From: Candidatus Saccharimonadota bacterium
Lineage (GTDB): Bacteria > Patescibacteriota > Gracilibacteria > UBA1369 > 2-02-FULL-48-14
Length of the DNA stretch: 32,000 nt
NCBI GenBank assembly: GCA_041661045.1
Contig: JBAZVE010000001.1
Coordinates: 1 to 32,000, forward strand
Direction of reading: 5' to 3'
The position numbers and the translations under genes are program-made. The notes below the pieces were generated by a model. That model made no database searches and had not been told where the DNA came from. It saw only the letters and a list, made by a program, of their open reading frames with translations. This document shows, one piece after another, positions 1 through 7,941 of this stretch. Numbering within the stretch: position 1 is the stretch's first letter; each line of letters starts with the position of its first letter.

Positions 1-196
1 GGATGCGAACCGCAATTTGTGATGTTTCGTTGTAGTAACCGCGAGCTAAAAACTTCCTTCCCGTTCCATCGTAAATGTCCACAAGGCTTCCGCTGGGAAC
101 GGATTCGTCATACTGCAAGGCCATGGAAAAAATCCACGGATGATTGCTGGCCATAATATGCTCTTTGCCCGGTTTGAGAAGGAGTTTTGGGATCAT
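1..196 (-). CDS. Class I SAM-dependent rRNA methyltransferase, RlmI-like, N-terminal PUA region (partial, runs off the window)
   Basis: Hand translation of the minus strand from ATG at 196 gives MIPKLLLKPGKEHIMASNHPWIFSMALQYDESVPSGSLVDIYDGTGRKFLARGYYNETSQIAVRI. The HPW(I/V)FS motif and the G..VD..D..G+.LARG.Y...SQI..R pattern match my recollection of the RlmI N-terminus. It is missing from the ORF track because it is open-ended. Confidence 0.65.
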   Translation of the reverse strand, partial: MIPKLLLKPGKEHIMASNHPWIFSMALQYDESVPSGSLVDIYDGTGRKFLARGYYNETSQIAVRI

Positions 197-210
197 TGGA
201 TGATTACGGC

Positions 211-759
211 TTATTCTTCCATTTCTTTAGAAATTGCTTTTTCGAGTGCGGAAAGATTCATGCGCTTTTTCATTTTCTTGAGCTCGGCATCGTCCTTTGC
301 TTCCAAGCCCAGGTGGTCGTGAATTTCATCCACCATGCAAAGGATGCGGGTGATTTCTTGTTCCGCCTGCACATTGATCTGAAGATCGATTTCTTCACGA
401 AGATCCGCCACTTTGGAGGCTCTATTTTGGCTGATGAGCACAAAAATCGAAAGGAAGATGGCTTCCAAAGACACCATCATGGTGAGAAAACCAAAGGGAT
501 AAGGGTCGAAGGGGCTAAGAAAAGGCACAAGATCCATGTTGATGATCATCCACCCGGCGAACCACACGAAATTTACAATGAAAAACCAAGTGGAACCAAA
601 CGCTTTGGTGATGGAATCGGCAAGGCGATCGGTGAGGGTTCGATCGTGACTCATTTTCATTTTAAAACTCTTGATCTGTGCTTTCTTCTTTTTTAAAAGC
701 GCATCGTGGACCGTTGGGTCTATAAATTTTTGTGTGAGCGCTTTGATGTCTTTGATCAT
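211..759 (-). CDS. DUF1003 family membrane protein
   Basis: 182 aa. It has DRLADSITKAFGSTWFF, two hydrophobic helices, FDPYPFGFL, and ISQNR followed by a coiled segment, which is the typical DUF1003 layout. Confidence 0.8.
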   Translation of the reverse strand: MIKDIKALTQKFIDPTVHDALLKKKKAQIKSFKMKMSHDRTLTDRLADSITKAFGSTWFFIVNFVWFAGWMIINMDLVPFLSPFDPYPFGFLTMMVSLEAIFLSIFVLISQNRASKVADLREEIDLQINVQAEQEITRILCMVDEIHDHLGLEAKDDAELKKMKKRMNLSALEKAISKEMEE

Positions 760-760
760 A

Positions 761-2014
761 TTATTTTACCGTGCTTGAGTTTATTGTACCTGAAGCACTC
801 TGGCCTGCAAGTTTTCCGGTGGCCCAAGCGCACTGAAGGTTGTAGCCACCCGTAAACCCATCCACATTTAAGATTTCTCCGGCGAAGTAGAGCCCCGGAC
901 AAATTTTGGATTCCATGGTGCGAGGATTCACTTCATCGGTGTCTACTCCTCCCGCCGTTACAAATTCGTCTCCGGCTCCGCGAGCAATGGCGTGAAGTGA
1001 AAGATTTTTAAAGATATTGATGAGACGATTGAAATCTTTTTTACTGAGTTCTGCGCTGATTTTTCCTTCGGGAATTTGCAGTTGATCACAGAGCGCACTG
1101 GCGAGTGATTTTGGGAAGGGGAAAGAGAGATTTCGAACTTGTTTTTTTGGATTTTTTTGTAGCTCTGCCTGCAGTGTTTTTTCCAGAGCTTCAAGACTAA
1201 GGTCTGGGACAAGATCTAAGCGAATTTCGAGCGGATTTTTTGCGTTGTACTCCTCAAAGGCCACCAGAGAGGATAGAGCGAAAACGGCGGGACCTGTGAT
1301 GCCTTTATGGGTAAAAAGCAGGGGGCCGGACCAGTCTATTTTTTTTGTGCGCTTCACGGTGAGTTGGGCTTTTTTCAAGGCCACTCCTGCTAAAGTCTTG
1401 ATCCATGGCTCTGACAAAATAAAAGAGTTGAGACTTGGCGCAAGCGCGGTGATTGTGTGGCCAAGACTTTCGGCAAACGCATAGCCATCCCCCGTTGACC
1501 CTGTGTGCCTATAGGCCTGTCCTCCGGTGGTGAGAATAAGTTTATCGACCAAGAGTGTTTTTGCGTCTGAAAACGACAGATTAAATTGCAAACCCTGTTT
1601 CTCTATTTTTTTGAGTTCACATTTAAACTGAATCTTGATTTTTTGATTTTTGAAAAGAGTTTCGAAGACGCCCACAATATCTTTTCCATTGTTGGAAACC
1701 GGAAATATTCGCCCATCTTCTTCTTTTTTAAGCGGAACTCCATGCGCTTCAAACCATTCGCGGACGAGCTCGGGTGAAAATCTGTAAAAAGCGGATTGTA
1801 AAAATTTTTCTCCCCTTGGGTAGCGCTGCGCGATGAGGCTTAAATCTGAAAAACCGGTGGTGACATTGCAGCGGCCGCCGCCGGAGATGATGACTTTTTG
1901 CCCCAAGCTCGCGTTCTTTTCAATAAGGAAGACTTCGTGCTCCGCACCGGACTCCAGGACGGCGGCGGCCGCCATCATTCCTGCCGCCCCACCACCAATG
2001 ATTGCTATTTTCAT
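761..2014 (-). CDS. NAD(P)/FAD-dependent oxidoreductase, HI0933/YhiN (BaiN-like) family
   Basis: 417 aa. It has the N-terminal dinucleotide fold IAIIGGGAAGMMAA, the GGGRCNVT motif and a C-terminal GLYFAGE..DGFTGGYNLQ motif. Confidence 0.85.
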   Translation of the reverse strand: MKIAIIGGGAAGMMAAAAVLESGAEHEVFLIEKNASLGQKVIISGGGRCNVTTGFSDLSLIAQRYPRGEKFLQSAFYRFSPELVREWFEAHGVPLKKEEDGRIFPVSNNGKDIVGVFETLFKNQKIKIQFKCELKKIEKQGLQFNLSFSDAKTLLVDKLILTTGGQAYRHTGSTGDGYAFAESLGHTITALAPSLNSFILSEPWIKTLAGVALKKAQLTVKRTKKIDWSGPLLFTHKGITGPAVFALSSLVAFEEYNAKNPLEIRLDLVPDLSLEALEKTLQAELQKNPKKQVRNLSFPFPKSLASALCDQLQIPEGKISAELSKKDFNRLINIFKNLSLHAIARGAGDEFVTAGGVDTDEVNPRTMESKICPGLYFAGEILNVDGFTGGYNLQCAWATGKLAGQSASGTINSSTVK

Positions 2015-2036
2015 GAACTCATTCTAGCATTTGCTC

Positions 2037-2993
2037 ATGATCAACGAAAAGATTTCTCAAATTTTCACCGATATCGCCGAAATGCTGGAAGTGCTGGGCG
2101 AGAATCCTTTTCGAGTTCGAGCGTATCAACGCGCGGCGGAAGTGATCAAAGGCTTTGGGAAGGATCTGGAAGTCCTCTGCAAAACGGATGAGAAGGAACT
2201 TGAAGCTATTCCGGGCATCGGCGTCGACCTGAGGCTCAAAATTAAAGAGATTGTGGAAACCGGCAAAGCCCAAATGCATGAAGATCTTAAAAAGAAGGTT
2301 GGCCCCGGCATTTTGGACATGCTGCATGTGAGGGGCATCGGGCCCAAAAAAGTGAAGCTTTTTATGGAACAACTGGATATTCGCAGTGTTGCGGCGCTCA
2401 AGGCCGCGGCTGAAAGCGGTGCACTCGCCACCCTCCCCGGCATGGGTGAAAAAAGCCAAGCCGGAATTCTGGAATCCCTCGCTCAAATGACACATCTTAA
2501 AGAACGAGTCCCCTACGCTTTTGCCCTCAAGGAAGCCAAGGAGGTCCTCACCTACTTGGGCACTTCTCCACACTTTGAACAGGCTCAGTATGCGGGGAGT
2601 TTGCGCAGAAAAATGAAGACCATTGGCGATATCGACATTCTTGCCACCGGCAAAAATGTTCCTCAAATGATGGAGTTTTTTTTGGCCTACCCTCGCGTCA
2701 AACAAGTGCTCGCTGCGGGAGACACCAAATGCAGCGTGGTCCTGGATTCCGAGATGCAGGTGGATCTCCGCGTGGTGGAGCCGGAGTCTTTTGGAGCCGC
2801 TCTGTTCTATTTCACCGGTCCCAAACATTTTAATATTCTTGTGCGCACCATCGCCCTCAAACGCGGCTGGAAAATCAATGAATACGGCCTCTACGACGGT
2901 GAGAAGAATTTGGCCAGTCGCACTGAAGAAGAAATCTTTGAAAAACTGGGCCTCCCTTATTTAACTCCCGATCAACGGGAGGATTTCAAATAA
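2037..2993 (+). CDS. polX: Family X DNA polymerase, Pol-beta-like core only (no PHP domain)
   Basis: HhH motifs are present (IPGIGVDL, VRGIGPKK, LPGMGEKS). Palm carboxylates are GDIDIL and VDLRVV. The thumb is FYFTGPKHFN..INEYGL. The track ORF begins at TTG 2031; ATG 2037 (MINEKISQIF) is preferred. The product is about 318 aa, against about 570 aa for typical bacterial PolX-PHP. Confidence 0.85.
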   Translation: MINEKISQIFTDIAEMLEVLGENPFRVRAYQRAAEVIKGFGKDLEVLCKTDEKELEAIPGIGVDLRLKIKEIVETGKAQMHEDLKKKVGPGILDMLHVRGIGPKKVKLFMEQLDIRSVAALKAAAESGALATLPGMGEKSQAGILESLAQMTHLKERVPYAFALKEAKEVLTYLGTSPHFEQAQYAGSLRRKMKTIGDIDILATGKNVPQMMEFFLAYPRVKQVLAAGDTKCSVVLDSEMQVDLRVVEPESFGAALFYFTGPKHFNILVRTIALKRGWKINEYGLYDGEKNLASRTEEEIFEKLGLPYLTPDQREDFK

Positions 2994-2998
2994 ATTCT

Positions 2999-3700
2999 AT
3001 GCAACACTTCATCCTTCCCCATCCACTTGAATCTGAAAAAGTGCGCATCTTTGATCGCCTCACGCTGCAGCAAATGACCAAGGTGCTTCGTTTTCGCAAG
3101 GGCGATAAATGTGTTTTGATGGATGGCAACGGCACCAAGGCCAAGGCCACGATTGAAGAGCTGCATTCTAAAGTTGCCGTGCTGCATGTCACTGAACGGA
3201 TTGTGGAGGCTCCCCCCGCGCGGCGCCTCCGCCTGTACTGCGCGATTTCCAAAAAACCCGCGACCTTTGAGCTGATTTTGCAAAAAGCCACCGAGCTCCG
3301 TGCCACCGACCTCATTCCGCTCCTCACGGAGCGCTGCCAAGTTCAATTCCTAAAAAAACAGGAACGGCTGAACCTCATTATTAAAGAAGCGTGTGAACAA
3401 TGTGAGCAGCCTTTTATGCCTGTTCTGCATGAACCGCTCAGCCTTGAAGATTTGCTCAAAAACCCTCCCGCTGGAAAAATACTGGCCGGAGATCCTTGGA
3501 CTTACGATGCCAAGCTCAAAGACATCCCCCTTGTGCCCACTGAAGATTTGAATTTGGTGATTGGCCCCGAAGGCGGACTGACTCCCGAGGAACTTTCCGC
3601 CATTCGCGCTGCTGGAGGCATTTTGTTCCAATTGGGAGATAGCGTGCTGCGAATGGAAACGGCTGCTCTTGCCAGCTTGGCCATCCTTCAATATGCTTAG
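2999..3700 (+). CDS. rsmE: 16S rRNA (uracil1498-N3)-methyltransferase
   Basis: 233 aa. It has an N-terminal PUA-like region (RVLRFRKGD) and the C-terminal SPOUT motif GPEGGLTPEE...LGDSVLRMETA. Confidence 0.85.
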   Translation: MQHFILPHPLESEKVRIFDRLTLQQMTKVLRFRKGDKCVLMDGNGTKAKATIEELHSKVAVLHVTERIVEAPPARRLRLYCAISKKPATFELILQKATELRATDLIPLLTERCQVQFLKKQERLNLIIKEACEQCEQPFMPVLHEPLSLEDLLKNPPAGKILAGDPWTYDAKLKDIPLVPTEDLNLVIGPEGGLTPEELSAIRAAGGILFQLGDSVLRMETAALASLAILQYA

Positions 3701-3719
3701 TCCACCTAATCCACCACTT

Positions 3720-4250
3720 ATGCGAATCGCCGCTTTTCTTGCCACTGCTTTGCTTCTTGCTTCTTGCAGTTTGGTTTCGCCCTACACCATTACTTTCACC
3801 ACTCCCAAAGACAGCGTGGTGGACCCCGCCACCGATACTCTCGATTTTGTGGTGAGCGCCCCCGCCCTCGCGTACATTTCCGAAGTGGAGTGTGACGATG
3901 CCGATGATATTGAACTTTTGCCTGTTATTACCGATGAAATGATGCCGAGCACCGCTCACAATTTATCCCTGAGCATGCTGAATGGTGCTCCCGGCAGCGA
4001 ATGTGAAATCACTGTTACGGCTTTTGACCGCAGCACCACCGCCACCACCCGATCCGACATCTCCGTTGTGATTTTTGGTGAACCCGTGGCTGAAGAAGAA
4101 AGCACCGTGGAGGAAACTCCTGTGGTGGAAGGCACTGTTGAGGTGCAGCTTGAAAGTGAGACCGTAGTGGAAACCGCGCCCGCAGAGGAAGCTCCCGCTG
4201 AAGAGGCTCCTGCAGAAGAAGTGCCTGCTGAAGAGACCCCCGCAGAATAA
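3720..4250 (+). CDS. Hypothetical lipoprotein with an acidic PAEEx repeat tail
   Basis: Start is taken at MRIAAFLATALLLASC, which has a lipobox L-A-S-C. The track ORF starts earlier, at 3669, and overlaps rsmE. The C-terminus is APAEEAPAEEAPAEEVPAEETPAE. Confidence 0.6.
   Translation: MRIAAFLATALLLASCSLVSPYTITFTTPKDSVVDPATDTLDFVVSAPALAYISEVECDDADDIELLPVITDEMMPSTAHNLSLSMLNGAPGSECEITVTAFDRSTTATTRSDISVVIFGEPVAEEESTVEETPVVEGTVEVQLESETVVETAPAEEAPAEEAPAEEVPAEETPAE
4176..4247 (+). repeat. 15-nt in-frame tandem repeat (about 4.8 copies) encoding (A/V/T)PAEE
   Basis: The units read gcgcccgcagaggaa / gctcccgctgaagag / gctcctgcagaagaa / gtgcctgctgaagag / acccccgcagaa. Confidence 0.8.
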
Positions 4251-4253
4251 ACC

Positions 4254-4895
4254 ATGACGACCCTCGTTGAAGTTTTACAAAAAAAGAGCGCGGAGCTGAA
4301 TTTATTTTCGGCCGGTGATCGTTTGAAGCTTGCGGATAAACACATCCCCGATGCTTTGGCGATTTTGGATTTTTGTGAGATTCAGGCCGGGGATTGCGTG
4401 GCCGATATTGGAACCGGTGGCGGCCTACCCGGCTTGGCTTTGGCTCAAGCTTTGCCCACGGCATCGTTTACTTTGATGGATGCGACCGCCAAAAAAATCA
4501 CCGCGGTTGAAGCCATGGCCAAAGAACTGGACTTAAAAAATGTGACGGGGCTTGCGGGCCGTTTTGAGGCCTTGGCTCATGAAAAAACCTTGCGCGAACA
4601 CTTTGATTTTGCCACCGCGCGAGCCGTGGCGGAACTTCCTGTTTTGCTGGAATACGCCAGCGGATTCTTGCAAGTGGGTGGATCGTTTTACGCATGGAAA
4701 TCTTCGGAATATGAGGAGGAATTGGAGCAATCGCGGAAGGCTCAGGAAGTTTTAGGCCTCCATTTTGTGCGCGCGCACAACTATGTGCTGCCCGGTGGAG
4801 AAGCTCGAGCCATTTTGGAGTTTAAAAAAACAGACCGCCTGGAGGCGAAATACCCTCGAAAGGACGGCGCCCCAAAGGCAAAACCTTTGGTTTAG
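4254..4895 (+). CDS. rsmG: 16S rRNA (guanine527-N7)-methyltransferase
   Basis: 213 aa. It has the SAM-binding motif DIGTGGGLPGLALA and the overall GidB layout. Confidence 0.9.
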   Translation: MTTLVEVLQKKSAELNLFSAGDRLKLADKHIPDALAILDFCEIQAGDCVADIGTGGGLPGLALAQALPTASFTLMDATAKKITAVEAMAKELDLKNVTGLAGRFEALAHEKTLREHFDFATARAVAELPVLLEYASGFLQVGGSFYAWKSSEYEEELEQSRKAQEVLGLHFVRAHNYVLPGGEARAILEFKKTDRLEAKYPRKDGAPKAKPLV

Positions 4896-4897
4896 GG

Positions 4898-4938
4898 GTG
4901 TACCTAAACAGCAAGCAAGGAAAATCTGTGCCCGGGCA
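4898..4938. repeat. Repeat copy A (cctaaacagcaagcaagg + aaaatctgtgcccgggca)
   Basis: Compare copy B at 5658-5745. The 18-mer cctaaacagcaagcaa(g/a)g and the 11-mer aaaatctgtgc recur in the same order and orientation. The 16-mer aatctgtgcccgggca (4923-4938) also recurs inverted at 27329-27344. Confidence 0.65.
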
Positions 4939-4999
4939 AGATAAAATTATACATCAGGAGTACCTCCTGGTAGTGGCCAACCTTCCTTATTCCTTGCAT

Positions 5000-5497
5000 C
5001 TACAAGCACCTTTTGAGTAGATACTCTATAGCTTCTGTCGGATTTTTTAGCCTCTCTATAGGATTACAAACAGATTCACTGAGGCTTATCTCTCCATTTT
5101 CTGCTCTTTCAGTTAATGTCCAACCAGGAATACTGGCTCGAGAGTCTTTTACCCTCCATCCCTCTTCTATCACAGCATATCTAGGATGTAGCAATCCCCT
5201 TGCAATTAAGAAATCACAAGCCTCTTGAGCTGTTGTAAATCGAAGATCCGGCAGTTCTTCACGAGGAATAGCGGCAACTAGTATTCTTCTAAATGCTTCC
5301 TTATCCCATTCGCCATAGATATACTCCATCCGGCTAAGGTAAGTAGTTTCTTCTTCATTCACCCCTGCACGCATTGCAGCCTCCCATTCCTGATAATCAG
5401 CATCTAATCCACTTGCTCTTAAACCTCTTACATACTCCAATACTAATGACCATGTTCTTGGCATTTCTGGTTGTATATCCTCCCTTGGTACTCTCAT
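5000..5497 (-). CDS. Hypothetical protein (165 aa), no family recognised
   Basis: The ORF starts at an ATG. It has a near-consensus promoter just upstream and hairpins downstream. I recognise no motif in it. Confidence 0.55.
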   Translation of the reverse strand: MRVPREDIQPEMPRTWSLVLEYVRGLRASGLDADYQEWEAAMRAGVNEEETTYLSRMEYIYGEWDKEAFRRILVAAIPREELPDLRFTTAQEACDFLIARGLLHPRYAVIEEGWRVKDSRASIPGWTLTERAENGEISLSESVCNPIERLKNPTEAIEYLLKRCL

Positions 5498-5520
5498 AAT
5501 AATTGAATTAAAACATATAG

Positions 5521-5549
5521 AGTATAGCCATAAAATATGCTCTTGTCAA
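5521..5549 (-). promoter_or_regulatory. Sigma70-type promoter for the 165-aa ORF
   Basis: The minus strand reads TTGACA (5549-5544), a 17-nt spacer, then TATACT (5526-5521). The -10 element lies 23 nt upstream of the ATG at 5497. Confidence 0.55.
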
Positions 5550-5553
5550 ATTC

Positions 5554-5579
5554 AAAGGCCCTCGCGAAGAGGGTCTTTT
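5554..5579 (-). terminator. Intrinsic terminator hairpin downstream of the small membrane-protein gene
   Basis: The sequence is aaaGGCCCTCgcgaaGAGGGTCtttt, a 7-bp stem (one G-U pair) with a 5-nt loop. It has A/T runs on both sides. Confidence 0.55.
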
Positions 5580-5657
5580 ATCTGAGATGGCACTCATTCC
5601 AAGGATCGTCTTCATTATTATAGCTCCGCCACGGAACAAAGAAAAGTACCTGTTCTT

Positions 5658-5745
5658 GTGCGCCTAAACAGCAAGCAAAGAAGGTATTTTGAAAATAAAA
5701 TGGCTTATTTAAGCCATAAATTGAGGCAAAATCTGTGCGCGCGCA
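5658..5745. repeat. Repeat copy B, with an internal insertion of about 45 nt
   Basis: It reads gtgcgcctaaacagcaagcaaagaa, then an insert containing the hairpin tggcttatttaagcca, then aaaatctgtgcgcgcgca. It is bracketed by the 9-bp inverted repeat cgcctaaac (5661-5669) / gtttaggcg (5751-5759). Confidence 0.6.
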
Positions 5746-5783
5746 CTGGCGTTTAGGCGAACAAGGTGCATGTGTGACTGGGT

Positions 5784-6098
5784 TTACTTTTTGAAGTTTA
5801 TGCTTATGTGTACTTTTGATTTTATATACAAGATGGTTTTAATCACAAGATAAGCCATCACTATGTTGAATAATGGCAGAAGCACCATAAACAATATTAT
5901 TTGTGCAACCGGTAAATCCCCAATTTTCAATAAATATAAAAATCCAAAATAATGCGCGTTTAGCATGGTAAAGAGAAGTAGTGCACCTCTCCCGCTACCA
6001 ACGATTTGCCACTGAATTAGGGTTAAAATAACTGTAATAACGAAATACAAAACTCCAATGATTATTGCCATCTTTAGTGTTTCCCTTTCGTTTTTCAT
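5784..6098 (-). CDS. Small hypothetical membrane protein (104 aa, about 3 TM helices)
   Basis: It has three hydrophobic stretches (IIIGVLYFVITVILTLI, ALLLFTMLNAHYFGFLYLL, IILFMVLLPLFNIVMAYLVI). The DNA is very AT-rich. Confidence 0.55.
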   Translation of the reverse strand: MKNERETLKMAIIIGVLYFVITVILTLIQWQIVGSGRGALLLFTMLNAHYFGFLYLLKIGDLPVAQIILFMVLLPLFNIVMAYLVIKTILYIKSKVHISINFKK

Positions 6099-6147
6099 AA
6101 TCTTAAGGTTTATCTTTGCCGTCTTGATAAAGGGGTTCTGTTAAAAA

Positions 6148-7284
6148 TTGGATACTTCGAACCATAGCATGCCTGCTCAATCTGTTGCAACCTGGAATAA
6201 TGTCTTGAAAAAGGGTATAATAGTGGGGATGGCAGCAAAAGACTTAAATAAAGATAAAATAGTAGACCAAGGAGAGGAGGGCGTTCCTGAACTTGTGAGT
6301 CGTTATTGGCGTTTAGCCAGGAGTGCGGCCAAAGGAGAAATTGCCAATGGCAATGCCGCATTTGAAATGGCTGAGATTTTGCATGTATTGTTTGCTAACT
6401 CGGGGCTCCATCCATTCCTTTCGGTCCGAAGTCACGATCCAGCGGACTGTGACCTCGCCATGAGTAATATCTCTATATTGGCAGAAAATCTATGGTTGGC
6501 AGCTCAGCTTAAATTCGGTGAGGAAAACCGTTTTTATCCTCCGGATTACGCTGAAGCGCGAGACCAACTTGTGGATGGACAAACTCAAAAACTTGAAATC
6601 AAAGAGACTGAAAAAGCTGGCCAAGGACTTCATGCAAGAGAAGCCATAAAAGAGGGAGAAATTGTATTTGTTTGTTCAGGGAGTCGAAGGATGTTGACTA
6701 CTCCGTATGAGTCTACCGAATTGATTGAAGTGCCTGATATTAAGGCAAAAAGCACTCGATTACGACGATTTTTTTATGAAAATCCCAACGAGCATCACCT
6801 TGTAAGTCCACGCAATCCGGACTCGATCTATCCCAATGCGATCTGTATCGATCAAGAAGGAATGGAAGCTTTGATCGGGCTACGATTGGAGAATCCGAAT
6901 ATCAAAGTCAACATTTGGCTGGATCCCTTTGAAGCATGTCCTTTACGATTTTTAAATCATTCTTGTGAGCCCAATGTAAAACGACAGGCGGATGGGGTGA
7001 CCTTTGTGGCGATGAGATCCATTCCACCCGGCGAGCAGTTGACTTGTGACTACTCGACCTTGGAGGTGAACCCGGATTGGAAAATGAAGTGTCAATGTGG
7101 TCCCAAATGCAGAGGAACTATTGGGGGCATCCAGTCCTTGCCTGCAGAACTGCTGCAGCAGTATGGAACGGACCTTCCAGAGTTTATGTTGGATTTATTT
7201 AAGGAATCACACCCTGAGCTGAATCGCGATGTCCTTGACCGAATAGAATTGACTCGATGGGGTATGGGACTGATTCGGCTTTAA
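6148..7284 (+). CDS. SET-domain protein (putative protein lysine methyltransferase) with post-SET Cys cluster
   Basis: The SET N-region is GQGLHAREAIKEGEIV. Other motifs are RFLNHSCEPN, GEQLTCDYS and the post-SET CQCGPKC. The track start is TTG 6148; an alternative ATG lies at 6169. Confidence 0.8.
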   Translation: MDTSNHSMPAQSVATWNNVLKKGIIVGMAAKDLNKDKIVDQGEEGVPELVSRYWRLARSAAKGEIANGNAAFEMAEILHVLFANSGLHPFLSVRSHDPADCDLAMSNISILAENLWLAAQLKFGEENRFYPPDYAEARDQLVDGQTQKLEIKETEKAGQGLHAREAIKEGEIVFVCSGSRRMLTTPYESTELIEVPDIKAKSTRLRRFFYENPNEHHLVSPRNPDSIYPNAICIDQEGMEALIGLRLENPNIKVNIWLDPFEACPLRFLNHSCEPNVKRQADGVTFVAMRSIPPGEQLTCDYSTLEVNPDWKMKCQCGPKCRGTIGGIQSLPAELLQQYGTDLPEFMLDLFKESHPELNRDVLDRIELTRWGMGLIRL

Positions 7285-7302
7285 GCATCCGGGCAATGGT
7301 GT

Positions 7303-7917
7303 ATGATTAGCGCAAGTATGCCCAAACCATTCCAAGTTCAAGATAAATATTTTCACCTGGCGAAGGAGCGGGGGTATAGGGCGCGGAGTGCGTTTAAGCT
7401 TTTGGATATTCAGGAGAAGTTTCAGCTGATTCGGCGGGGAGATACGGTGGTGGATTTGGGGGCGGCGCCGGGGAGTTTTTTGCAGGTGATTGCGGAATTG
7501 GTGGGGCCGAATGGGACCGGCGTTGGGTTTGATTTGCAGGAAATTGCGCCGTTTGCGGAGAAAAATATTCATACTTTTGTGCAGGATATTATGGAGAAGG
7601 ATGCGATTTTTGCTCGGCTGGAGGAGCTTGGCGTGAAACGAGTGGACACGGTGACCAGTGATCTTGCGCCCAAGACCAGCGGCATTCGGGATCTGGACCA
7701 AGGGCGGAGCGCGGAGCTCACGGATCAGGCTTTCTTTTTGGCCACTCGCCTTTTAAAAAAAGGCGGCAATTTTGTTGGGAAAATTTTTGAAGGAGAAGAA
7801 ATGAAAGTTTTGATCGCCAACATGAAAAAACGGTTCAGAAAAGTTTCGGTGTTCAAACCCCCTTCTTCCCGAGATCGTAGCTTTGAGACTTTTGTGGTGG
7901 GCATCCATTTGCTATAG
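7303..7917 (+). CDS. rlmE: 23S rRNA (uridine2552-2'-O)-methyltransferase (FtsJ/RlmE)
   Basis: Motifs are YRARSAFKLLDI, VVDLGAAPGSFLQV, the SDLAPKTSG..D motif and FVGKIFEG. Confidence 0.9.
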   Translation: MISASMPKPFQVQDKYFHLAKERGYRARSAFKLLDIQEKFQLIRRGDTVVDLGAAPGSFLQVIAELVGPNGTGVGFDLQEIAPFAEKNIHTFVQDIMEKDAIFARLEELGVKRVDTVTSDLAPKTSGIRDLDQGRSAELTDQAFFLATRLLKKGGNFVGKIFEGEEMKVLIANMKKRFRKVSVFKPPSSRDRSFETFVVGIHLL

Positions 7918-7941
7918 TTTTGGCACTTGACCCCCCCGCTC

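Noticed and set aside
2019-2828. 269-aa minus-strand ORF
   Set aside because: It is entirely antisense to the PolX gene, which has clear family motifs, and it has no recognisable motifs of its own. It is a shadow ORF.
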